Shown: one piece after another, positions 15,001-26,457 of the stretch
Numbering within the stretch: position 1 is the stretch's first letter
Layout of the letters: every line of letters starts with the position of its first letter
NCBI GenBank assembly: GCA_965603825.1
Contig: CBFDEM010000003.1
Coordinates: 434,001 to 498,000, forward strand
Direction of reading: 5' to 3'
DNA from: Blepharisma stoltei ATCC 30299
Taxonomy: Eukaryota > Protista > Ciliophora
Length of the DNA stretch: 64,000 nt
Program-made: the position numbers and the translations under genes
The notes under the pieces: generated by a model
What the model was told of the DNA's origin: nothing
Databases searched by the model: none
The model's input: only the letters and a program-made list of their open reading frames with translations

Positions 15001-15700
15001 TTGAAATTTCTTTACAAAAGAAGCCTAAGCACGCGTTTGACTTGTGGAAGAACTTTAACCAAGCTGTCAAAGATAAGAAAGTACTAGACTCTCTGAATGC
15101 CACCAAGCTTAAAGACTGCTTATCTAAGATCCCAGTCCGCACATTGAGAAACAGCTTTAATAGCATTGCAACAACTAAAGACAGACTGATATCTGCCCTT
15201 AAAGCTTTAGCCAGAAGAGCTGACAGGATGCCTAAACTTGCCTTCGATAAGCTAGCTAAAAATGCTCACCAAGGTAAAGCTGATGACTTGAAAGGAGAAC
15301 TCAAAGGTCAACAATTAAAGAACGTCCTCAGAAAAATCCCAGCCAGAACCTTAAGAAATGCTTACCAAAATCTATGTCCAGGCCTCAGTGCTGAGCTTAG
15401 AGGTGAAAAACTCAGAGCAGCCCTCAATAAGATCCCAGCCCGCACTTTGAGATCTGCGTTTAACCCTATTGTTCTTGACAACTCTGAAAAGGTTAAATCA
15501 GTCTTTAGGAACCTTGCCATTATGTATGACCAAAAACCTAGAGATGCCCTAAACAGATGGAAACTAGCTTGCCAAAAGAAAAAGGTGGCGGATTCTGATA
15601 AGAAGCTCAAAGGAGTCATGCTGAAGAGCGCTCTTGATAAGCCAGTTAGAAAAGCTGTAAGATCTGGCAGAGACAAATGTCAAATCAGTGAAAAGACCAA
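1..15700 (+). repeat. Hierarchical coding tandem repeat: ~207-nt (69-aa) units within 2583- to 3849-nt super-repeats
   Basis: The landmark YYQRPRDCLNKW occurs at 1440, 4023, 7851 and 11700, and diverged (YDQKPRDALNRW) at 15525. Confidence 0.95.
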
Positions 15701-17609
15701 AGCAGCGCTTAAAGCTTTATCTTATAGGTGTGAAAAACTCCCACAAGACAGCATAAGAAAATGGGCTGAAAATGTTTTAGGCAAAAAAGCAGCTGCTATC
15801 CAGGAGCGCATGAGGTCTGAAAAACTGAGATCAGCACTATTTAGGATCTCACAAAGGGTCCTTAAAGAGTCTGAGTCTAGGATTGTAGCTAAAACAAGCC
15901 GCGTCAAGTTTATTCTGGTAAGTCTTGCTTTAAGAGCACAAAGACGCTCAAGAGAAGCCTTCGACAAATTAAGAAGCAACGTCCACAACTCAATTAAAAA
16001 CCAAATTGCTACCAAACTGGACGGTGAAAAACTTCGCCAGACCTTAGACGCCATCCCAAGACGAATCCTCAAGAACTGCTTATTAAGAATCGTAGGGGGA
16101 GGTTCTCTCGTAGCAGGTGCCTTAGCTAGATTTAACGAACACCTCAACAAGATCAAGCGTTTCGCAGTCTTTAAATGGAGAGTGGTAAACGATGCTGAAA
16201 AGCATGTGAACAGGTATAGACTTGTAGCTTCCTTATTCGCCAAACTGCAGCAAGGATCCAGATTTAACCTCCGCATGGCCTTCAAGATGTGGACTAATGA
16301 TAAAATGCAAAGAATAATCCAAAGCTTAAGGAAAATCAACTTAATCGCAGAAGACGGCGCTAGAAGAGCTATAGGACACTGGTTTGCCCAGTCTATGAAA
16401 ATCAAAGGAGCCCTTCTTGCTAAATATGCCCCTGCTCTACAAAACTTGTTCAAGCTTAGAGAAAAATGCCTTTCCCGCAACATAAATAATGGCTTTAGGA
16501 CTTGGCTGAATGCAATAGACAGGAACAAGATCAAGAGAAGAACTATTTCTAAGGTTATGAGAAACCTTGTAGGGCTGCAAAAAGGAGGCATTGAGACACT
16601 CAGAGAAAGAGTCTTGAAGCTGAAAATGATCAAGAAAGTAAACGGAGCCTACTTGATATCAAGAATTATGGAAGCCAAGGCGAAAATCATGATGAGAGGA
16701 AGACTTAGCATATGGTCACAAGATGAAAAGATGAGGATTTTGAGGTTGAAGAAGAAATATCTTCTAAGCATGATCAATTTATCTAGCATTTCTTACCAAA
16801 CATCGGTGTGGAGATGGAAGTACGTGATTACCAGACATGGAGTTGAGCTGCATCCTAAGCAAACCCTCATGTGGGAACGTATAATAAGAGTTGGAAACCA
16901 ATACCAAAGACGTCTCAAGCAGTTCGCTATGTTTAAGCTTATTTTGACTTATAGAACTGCTCTGCCGATACATAACCGCCAATCAGTGCAGCTTGCAGTC
17001 AGCTCTTTGTTGCGCGCTAGCAATATGTCTCGAGATGGAAGAATGAGCGCTGCAATGCCAAACTTGCGTGAAGGCATCAACTTTAGGACCCCATCCCCAG
17101 AAAGACCTACAACTGCCATGGATACTTCTATATCAATCCCTATAACAACGACAGCTTCACAAGGAAGAAGCAGCATGGAAGAGCCAATGTCAGGGAAAAT
17201 GTCCAAAGAAGAAATCGCTGAGCTCAGCAAGAATGGAGCAACTGAAGTCATCTGTCTGCAGCTCAGAGAAGTTAGGGTAAGACAGCTTGCAATTGGATTT
17301 TCTTCAATCGCTTCTTATAGCAGACAAGTTGGACTGTTTGAAGATGAAAGGACAAGACTTATAGAGTCAATAAATGAGCTGAGATATGATAAGCATAGCT
17401 TGCTTGAAGATAATACAGCACTGAGACACCACAATGAAGCTTTAATAGAAAGTTTAGAAGCCACAAATATGAATTTCCACGCCCTTACGCTACAGCTGGA
17501 TCAGATGAGGCTTGGAAGAATGGTGAGAGTTATATCAAAGATGATTGAGATACCAGTGCTTGAAGCTTTAATTGTGTTGAGACACAACGCTGGAATCTTA
17601 AGTCCTTAA
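3..17609 (+). CDS. Giant Sfi1-like (putative centrin/spasmin-binding) repeat protein, 5'-truncated by the window; >=5868 aa
   Basis: The frame is open from nt 3. ORFs 168..2924 and 3165..17609 share one frame, joined by a single TGA (2922-2924) at the repeat's conserved W (AVDT*KDY vs AFDKWKDF). 69-aa repeats carry L-x7-A-F-x2-W-K motifs like Sfi1 repeats. Coiled-coil C-terminus; ends TAA. Confidence 0.8.
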
Positions 17610-18135
17610 ATAAGTTAAACTCTTAATTTTAATAAGTTTCTGCTATAAATTAATTTACAATGAGGATTTAATTTTCAAATCTATAAATAATTTGTTTATA
17701 TTTATATATTAAAATAGCATGCGTTACATTTATGTAAAGGATTAAGAAATAAATTATTGTGTTTGAAAGAATTGAGGCATCCATTATAATAAATTTCAGT
17801 TTTTATAAAATTGATACTCTTTGTGTATTAAACTTGCTAAAGAGTAATGGGTAATTTAATGAAAAAAGTATTTTATACATTTTTGATTATTTATTAAATT
17901 TTTGTTCCTACTATTTAATCTTTGTTTCAAAAGGCAGTAAATTGTTCTAAGAAACTAAAAATAAATTTTAAAAATATTTAAATTATTTTTCTCTGATATA
18001 AAATTAATTTATGCTGTTTTGCATAAATTCAGTAAGTTCCAAAACGAAATAATCTATATTAGCACGATTCATATATATAATATTTACTAATTAGCTTTGA
18101 TTAGGCATACATAGCACAGCTATTATAGATATATT

Positions 18136-21100
18136 ATGGCAGCAGCAGCTGTTTTTAATTCGTTGATAAATGCAGCCTTGAACATCGACCGATCGTCTCT
18201 TCAGAAGAATGCCGATAGTGACTCAATTGAAAAGGAGCTTCAAGAGCCAGCTGATTTAAAAAAAGCCTGGGCTTTTCGGCATAGAAATTCCATAACAGAT
18301 AACGAAAATGACCCAAAACCTTATGGTATCTGGAAATTGGGCTCCAGTGACTTCGGAGAATACGGAGTTGGCCTTCAGCTGCATTTTCTATTTCTAAAGC
18401 AGATGATGCTTATCTTTTTCATCATCGGAGGTATCAGCATTTGACCAATTTATGAAAACTATCAAGGTGACCAAATAACTACATCTGATGGGACAGAAAT
18501 CACTTATGGCTTGACTATTGCGAATAGGGTAGGAATAGCTTCAAATGTTACTGATGTGTCTGTTGCTGAAAGCGACCAAGATGATATTGATGATGCATAT
18601 CGAGATACATGGATAGCTGATGCAATTTATACTGGGTTATTCATTATTGCTTTACTATTATACACTATACAATCAAAAGTATTAATAAGCAAAACAAGCC
18701 ATAAAACAGCAAGAGTGTCTGATTATGCAATCCAAGTTAAAGGGTTACCAAGGGATGAAGGAGTAACGCCACAAGAAGTAAAAGATCATTTTAGAAGTTT
18801 TGGAAAAATAATTGAGGTCTATCTCGGGAGAAGATATAATGATCTTATAATTTTTTATCAAGGAAGAGCTATCCTTAAAAAAAAAATTTGCAACAGAGAA
18901 GCCCTTTTGCGTTTTTCTAATAAAGATTTAGAAAAGGATAAAAAATTAAAAGTTTTAAAACTTTCCTTGAAACGATTTGATGAAAAAATCAAAAAAGAGC
19001 AGCTTGTAAAAAAGCACAATGAGCTCCCTATAAAATATGCCTATATTACCTTTAATTCCAAAAAAGACAAACAAGCTTGTATTAAAGCTTATCAAACAAA
19101 ATGCTGCTGCAGCTGCTTACGAAAGAAAAGAAAAGATTTATATTTCAGGAGAAAATACCCTCTAAAAGTCTTCACAGCCCAAGAGCCATCTGATATCATC
19201 TGGGAAAATCTTGAAATTAGCAAATGCAGCCGCAGATTCAGAACTTTTCTAGCTCTAATACTAACCCTTATTCTCCTCATTATTTCTGTAGCTCTCATAT
19301 ACGGTGTCAAAAGAGCTCAAAAAGAGCTTCCTAATGACTCTAAATGCGATTCTTTAAAAGTAGATGCAGATATCTCTATAAATGAAGCTAAAAAAGAATA
19401 TACCACACAAGACGAAACTTATTGCTGATGCCAAGGTCAGAGCTGGGATGATTTAATTAGTAAATCAGACTATAGCGACTACTGTTCTAGCTATATAGAA
19501 ACTGTTTCTTGGTCATCTGCAGTCAAGTTTTTCAGCTGCTGTGGAATTATTATAGTAAATTTCTTTATAAAAACCCTCATGATTCTAATTACAAGCTGTG
19601 AAAGAACAAGAAGTCGCAGCTCTCAGCAGACCCGCGTCATGCTAAAAGTATTTGTCGCAATGACTGTTAATACAGCCCTAATCACTTATCTAGTAAATTT
19701 AGACTCTGGAGGAGTTGGGTTTTCGAATGGCTATATTTTGGAAGGAGAGTATAGTGATTTTTCAAGGTACTGATATGTGAAAGTTGGGTCAATTTTTATT
19801 ATCACGATGTTTATTTGTGTTGGGTCGCCACATCTTATATATTTATTGATTATGTATCCTATAGGAGCCTGCAGGAGGAAATGGGGATGGAAAAAATATG
19901 CGACACAGTATGAAATTAATGATGCGTTTTTGGGGCCAGAATTTATGATTTCAACAAGAACTTCTCAAATTTTGACGATAATGTTTACATGCTATATATA
20001 TTCTGGAGGAATGCCACTATTAAACTGCATTTGTTTTGCTGCTCTTTTTATAATATATTGGACTGATAAGTTTTTACTTTTGAGGCATTATAGGATGCCA
20101 CCGAAGTATAAAGCTGATCTTTATATACAAGCAATGAGGCTGATGCCACTTTGTATTATTATTCATTGCGCTGTGTCACTAGTGTGCTATGGCTGCCCTG
20201 ATGTATTCCCTACTTCTTTTTATACAAAGTCATCTGGGTATGTGACATCAACAACCCCAAGCTTTGAAAAAAGGCTGAAGAATGACTCAGGCATTGCCAA
20301 CATAATTTTAGCAGGCTCAAGTGCAATTTTGCTTCTTCTCATATTTTTCATAGATGAGGTCAGCGCTTGTGTGATGAAAAGCAAAAATCGCAGAACTGAC
20401 GAAACTCAAGACCAAAAGACTTTCAAGGAAGTTGAAATGGAAATCCAAAAATCAGGCCTTTCTACTTACAACTTAATGAAAAATCCTAATTACATGCTAA
20501 TCATAGAAACAATGAATGAGTCTGCAGAAATTACTAAAGGCCAACTAAACATCAGATCTACACCTTATCAAAGTCCAAGGGGAGCAGACCTACAAAGGAC
20601 AGCTGAGGTAAGTGACAATAATAATGGTGAGCCTCCAGAAGAAAGCAAATCAGAAACTGATAGGTCAGCAATGACTCCTGTGCTTAATAGCAATATAAGT
20701 GAACGTAGTGCTGACGATATAGGCTCAGAATCTTCATCAGACGTAGATTTCAATAAAGAAGAGCAGTCTATTGTATATACAGATACTCCTGTTTTTAAGT
20801 CTCCTAAGAAAAGCAAAAAAGTAGCTGTCAGTTCAGACTCTTCAAGTGATAAGGAAAGCTTCCAGAAAAAAGAAGAGGACTCCAGCTCAGACTCGTCTTC
20901 AGATAAGTCAGATATTGAGCTGAATAAGAAGCCTGGGCCGAAAATTAAAGTAAAAACCCCAAAGGCCAGTTCTAAGCCTCCGAAGAAAAGCAAAAAAGTT
21001 GATGTTGATATAAGCTCAAGTTCTTCTCAAGGGAAAAGTTCTATAGTCAGTCCAGAAGAGAATGAAATAAGCTCAGAGGTCGAATTTAAAAAGAGGAAGC

Positions 21101-21513
21101 CAAAAATTGTACCAAAACATCATAGAAAAGCGAGTTTTTCGTCGTCAAGCAACTTAGTTGAAGAGTCAAGTGTTTCTGATATGGAAAAGGAAAAATATGT
21201 GCCAGCTAAAAAATCAAAGAAAAAGCAGCAGTCAGATAGAGAAGAATCAGAACAAAGTGACAAAAAGCCTCAAAAGAAGCTTAAAAAATCACCAAAAAAT
21301 GCAAAAGCAAAGAAAGTGGAACCTCCTTCAGAAGAATCAAGTATAAGTAAAGAAGAAAGCAAGTCAAGTGACTCTGATAAGCCTTATGAAACTCCACAGT
21401 CAGTAAGTGATGAAAGCAGCCCTGAGCATGTGGATGTTAGCTTCAGTGGGGAAGAAAAGCACAAGAAAAATAAGAAGAATAGAAGAAAAAGAAGCAGTTC
21501 TGATGAAGAATAA
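18136..21513 (+). CDS. OSCA/TMEM63 (CSC1)-like mechanosensitive cation channel, copy 1, 1125 aa, with long S/K/E/D-rich tail
   Basis: Four same-frame ORFs joined across TGAs at 18442, 19426 and 19771. Motifs YGVGLQLHFLFLK, DYAIQVKGLP, AQEPSDIIWENL, YSGGMPLL and YWTDKFLLLRHYRMPP; multiple TM segments; ends TAA. Confidence 0.8.
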
Positions 21514-22577
21514 TAAGGAAATTTTATTATTTGAAAATAATTTTTGATGTTATATATCATATTAATAGAAAAGTACCTAAAAATATAAGAGCTTATAACC
21601 CAAATAAAAAGACTCAGAAATTGAAAATTTTCAATATTAAATATTTTATAGTTTTGAATCTAATTATCTGTAAATCTTTAATAATCAGACTTTTGTTTGG
21701 TTTACGACTGTACTTTTGTATTATTAGTCATCTTTAATTCATTTTTTAGTTGCAGAAATGTTTATATTATAATAAATATTGCATCTATAATCTTAAAAAG
21801 TGCAAAATAAAATTTTATGAATATATTTCTTCTCAAATATAAGCTTAAAATGGTCCTTGTCTTATGAAATTAGGCTTCTTAATTATGAACAAAGGTAGCC
21901 TACGTCTGGATAATAGAAATTCGAAGGAGATATGATGCCTTAATTAGGATTAGAATCAACTAAGTGTAAGAAAGGCTTGAAGAATCATAAAAGCAACCAA
22001 AAATGGAGAAGAAGGCATAAATGGAGTCTTGTTTAGAAGAGCCAAATGTCTCCAAAGAAGAAGAAATTAATAAAGTGACTGTGTGACAGAAGTTATAGAA
22101 CTCAAAAAGTCTTAAGGAATCATATTGTGCAAAATTCAGCGTTAAATTATAAAGAAAATTCGCAAAACATTTGAAAATTTTGGGAAAATTTTTTTAGCAT
22201 AGATTAGTACAAGAAAATCATTGACTGATCAGCATATTAAGTAAAAAAATAAATAATAAAGGGTCTTGCTCTTTCCAAATAAATATTTTAATATAAAGTA
22301 TATATTTACACTATACTAAAAGGCTTTTAATCTTATTTTCTAACAATTAGATGCTGCCTTAATTATTAATTTTTGAATTTCTCTTAAAATTTCTAATTAT
22401 AATCTTTTTTTCAGCTCAAATCTGTGAAATAAATTAAAATAAAAATTCTATAATTTTACAGAAAATAAAGGGCATTTATAATTGTTTGAACTTATAATTG
22501 TCGATACCTTTCTGCTTGAAAAATATTGTTTATATCATATTCTATTCATCTAGTAAATTCATTTTATTGTAATAATA

Positions 22578-25451
22578 ATGGGATCACAGCAAGCTATATT
22601 TGCCTCCGTAGCAAATCTAGTTTTAGGTGGTAATGAAGACGATTCAAGAGATTTTGAGGAAGAAGGGATACTAAAAGAGCTTAAAAACGAGTCAAACTTG
22701 GAAGAAGCTAAGAAATTTAGAATTAAAAACTCAATAGTCAAGCAGGAAGCAGATGGGTCAAATCCAAAGCTATATAGCATTTGATCTACTTCTCCAGAAA
22801 ATCTTGGAAAATATGGTGTTGGACTTGAGCTATATTTTCGCTTTATAAAACAGATGGCTATTTTATTTTTTATAGCAGCTTGCTTAAGTATTTATCCTGC
22901 TTACACAAATTCAACTGGGAGCATAATTGCAGATGGTGAAAGCCAAAGTGGATCAAGGTATACATTGGCAAATCCTTATTGGTTTGAAAGAGATAAAGAT
23001 GAATTTTTGGATACTCAAATATCAGAAAATGATAAAGATTATCTCCCATGGAAAAGTGATACTGAAAAAGAAGAATGAAAAGAGAGCACTCTCGACCGAG
23101 CTGACGAAAATTATAAAGAAATTTGAATCATTGACGCTATTTATTCATCAATTTTTTTGATAGGAATAATCGTTATCCTTATTATCAATAAAATAAAAAT
23201 TCATGACGTTACATCTGGAGAAAATAGAGTTTCCGACTATTCTATTGAGGTTGCTGGATTTCCCAACGAAAATATTGATAAGGAAGAAGTAATAAACCAC
23301 TTTAGCTGTTTCGGCGAAATAATGGACGTTTATTTAGGTAGATCTTATGGAGACCTATTATATTTCTATAAAGAAAAAGCCACAGTTTTAAAAGAAATTA
23401 GAACTCAAAAAATATTTTTAGGAGGCAATCCTGAAATGGAGTCAAATAATAAAAAATTAATAAAGCTTCAAAATAAACTTTCCAAGCTTGATGAAAATAT
23501 AACAATTTCTGACAATAAAAAATTCCACAATGAGCTCCCTGTGCATAGAGTTTATATTATTTTTAATTCTAAAGAATCCCGGGCAAAAGCATTTACAAGA
23601 TATAGAAAAGGATTTTTTGGTTGGAGGCACAATAAGAGCTCAAAATTAAAATTCAGAGGGAAATATCAATTAAAAGTGTACCCAAGCTCTGAGCCATCAG
23701 ATATTATGTGGGAAAACTTAGAAATAAAGCGCCTTGAAAGGAGGTCGAGGATAATTTTATCGGTTATTATAACTATTATTATGATGTGTGTGTCTGTTGC
23801 ATTAATATTTATAATGAGACGAGGGTCTAAGAATGTGTTTGACTCATATAAGTGTTTGGAGTATAATAAAAAAGAATTGGGGAAAAGATCCTTACATGAA
23901 ATTATAGAAGAAACCGAATCAGACCCTCATGGCAGCAAAAGGGCCTGCTGATGTAGCCTGCAATCTGCAGAAGATTGAGCTCAAAAGCCAGAAATTAGAT
24001 CAATATGTATGAATTATGTGTATACGCGGCTGTCCTCGGCTACGGTTAATTTTGCGATCTGTTTTTGCATTGTGGTTACTAATTTTATCCTGAGACATCT
24101 CCTCACAATTTTGTCAGATTTTGAAAGACGAAAAAGCTATAATCTTAAACAAACCCACACAATGCTCAAAATCTTTGTAGCAATGCTATTTAACACCATT
24201 CTAGCTCCGATTTTAGTCCATATAAAATATACAGATGAAAAAAATGTTGATGAACTAGTTGAAGGCAATTTTAGTGATTTTTCGAAGTGGTGGTATTTAA
24301 GGGTTGGCTCAATGTTTTTTATTATGATGTGCATTAGTATTGTTTCTCCTCATTTTCTTTTTAACTTTTTGGTGTTTTATATGAGAGGATTATGAAGGCG
24401 ACTTAATAGCTATAAGCTGTATAAGACACAATATGAAATGCATAACGCATTTATTGGTCCTGTGTTTTTGATAGCTGCAAGGACTTCTATGATTTTAACA
24501 ACGATATTCACTTGTTTTATTTTTTCAGGAGGGGTTCCGCTGCTTAACGTAATTGGATTTTTGGCTTTATTTGTGATATATTGGACTGATAAATTTTTAA
24601 TCCTTAGGCATTACAGAAAGCCACCACCATATAATCATCATATATATAGTAGCGCCATTAAAGCAATGCCGCTTTGTGTATTCTTTCATTCTTGTGTTTC
24701 TCTTTATGCTTACGGATGCCCAAATGTTTTTCCTAAAGACTTTATAGAAAGAATAGAAACCTTTGTTTATAAAAATAATACAAGAATTGATATAAATTAT
24801 CTGGATTATAAAGTTCAAGATCTTGAAGATAGAATTATTATGGACCATGGCATTGTTTTTTTAACATTAGCCATTTTAAGCTTCATATTATTCTTGCTAT
24901 TTGAGTTTTCAGAAAAAATAACCAGAGAGATAAAGAGGAAACTTTTGCTTAAAGACCATCCAGAAACAAAAAAGTTTAGTGAAATTGAAGACGAAATGAT
25001 AGATTATGCATTAACACGGTATGATTTAGAACTGAATCCGAATTATTCGTATTTAATTGCCTCAATGAATCAAGATGTAGAAGAAGGAAGATGCGTGCTG
25101 GAAAGATTGAAACATTTAGAGCATCCAAGGGCATCTGAAAATGGATGTACATCTTTGCCAGATGAATCTCAGAGATTCACTGGTAAAGTAAATTTTATTA
25201 ATACAAACCCTATCGGATTAAATGAGCAGATTTCTGCTGTGTCCTCAGGCCCAGCATCTCGAGCTCCTACTATTCAGTCAAAACCGCCATCTATAAATTT
25301 AAATTTTGAGCAACGCGCTGATTCAAACGATAAAGACGCAACAAGTACAAGTCCATATAGAAGAGCTCCTAAATTTGAAGTGCAAAACACATCCCTGAAA
25401 TCGTATTCATCTGATGGTTCTGAAGATTCGAGTAGCGGGATGCAAGAGTAG
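22578..25451 (+). CDS. OSCA/TMEM63-like channel, copy 2, 957 aa
   Basis: Five same-frame ORFs joined across TGAs with no TAA/TAG in the gaps. Motifs EPSDIMWENL and YWTDKFLILRHYRKPP; ends TAG. Confidence 0.8.
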
Positions 25452-26457
25452 TTGATTTTATAATTAAAATTCAATTGCGGTATAGTAATTATGAATATTA
25501 TATCATAACTTTTCGTTATCTTGATTTAATTCTCAGAAATTAGATATTTCTTAAGTTTTATGCTTCATTTCCTTTATTTTTAAATAACAATTTTCTTAAA
25601 TCTGGCGAGTAATTTTTTTGAAGATTTGTTTTGCTTTTGCTATTTTTGACTTAAATTCTTATGTTATTATATATTTTATTGTCTGTCATTTCTTTCAATA
25701 TGTTATAAAACTTTTTAAGGAAATAGACTCGTGAAACAAGTCATCTATTAGCTATAAAATGCAAATAATGTCTAAGTCTTATTGCAAAAGCTCTTAAGGT
25801 TCACCCTTTAATGAAGTCTCAATTTATCATTTTTGAAATTATCGATAGAGAAATTGGCTCTTTTTTTTTAATATTTTTATTATGCAAAATTATAAGTTGC
25901 ATAGTAAAATTAATTCAAAGATGTAATAAGTAAGATTTTGGCTTTCTAAGCACAAACATAAGGAAAGTTAAATAAGACTTAAAAAAATATTAAACAATCT
26001 AAATCACTAAAACCTGAAATCGTTTAACTAGGAAAATATAAAAATTATAATTTTCAGCTTACATATAGCAATATTTATTTATAGCACTTGAAATTATTTC
26101 GATTTTAGCTGTAATTTTTTACTATTTTGAGATATAATTTAGAAATAATTTATTCTCTATAATATAGGAATAGATGAGTTTTCAATTATAATAATTTGAT
26201 TAAAAGCTTCAATTAATTGAATAACTCTTAATTTCTATTTTAATTATTCATCATATGTATCAATTATTTTCTCCAATCACATTTAAAGATTAAAAAACCT
26301 TCAAAGATAAAATCAACTAATAGTTCTATAATTTCTCAAAAAATAAAGGGGATTTATAAATTTTAATTTATTAAGTAAATACAACTATTCTAGCTTTCTG
26401 GCAGATTTGTATATCGTAATTTTAATTTTCTAGTAAATCTATTTAATTGTAATAATT

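Noticed and set aside
197-17251. Many minus-strand ORFs (60-300 aa) inside the giant gene, and similar antisense ORFs over other genes
   Set aside because: They recur with the repeat period and are shadows of sense-strand codon bias, with no independent motifs.
21850-22200. Purine-rich intergenic stretch that looks like decayed coding sequence
   Set aside because: It has stops in the frames I read and no recognisable motif, so it cannot be assigned without a search.
25449-25451. UAG=Gln or fully ambiguous stop code (Condylostoma-type)
   Set aside because: TAG aligns with TAA at paralog ends, and no internal TAA/TAG was needed in any intact gene.
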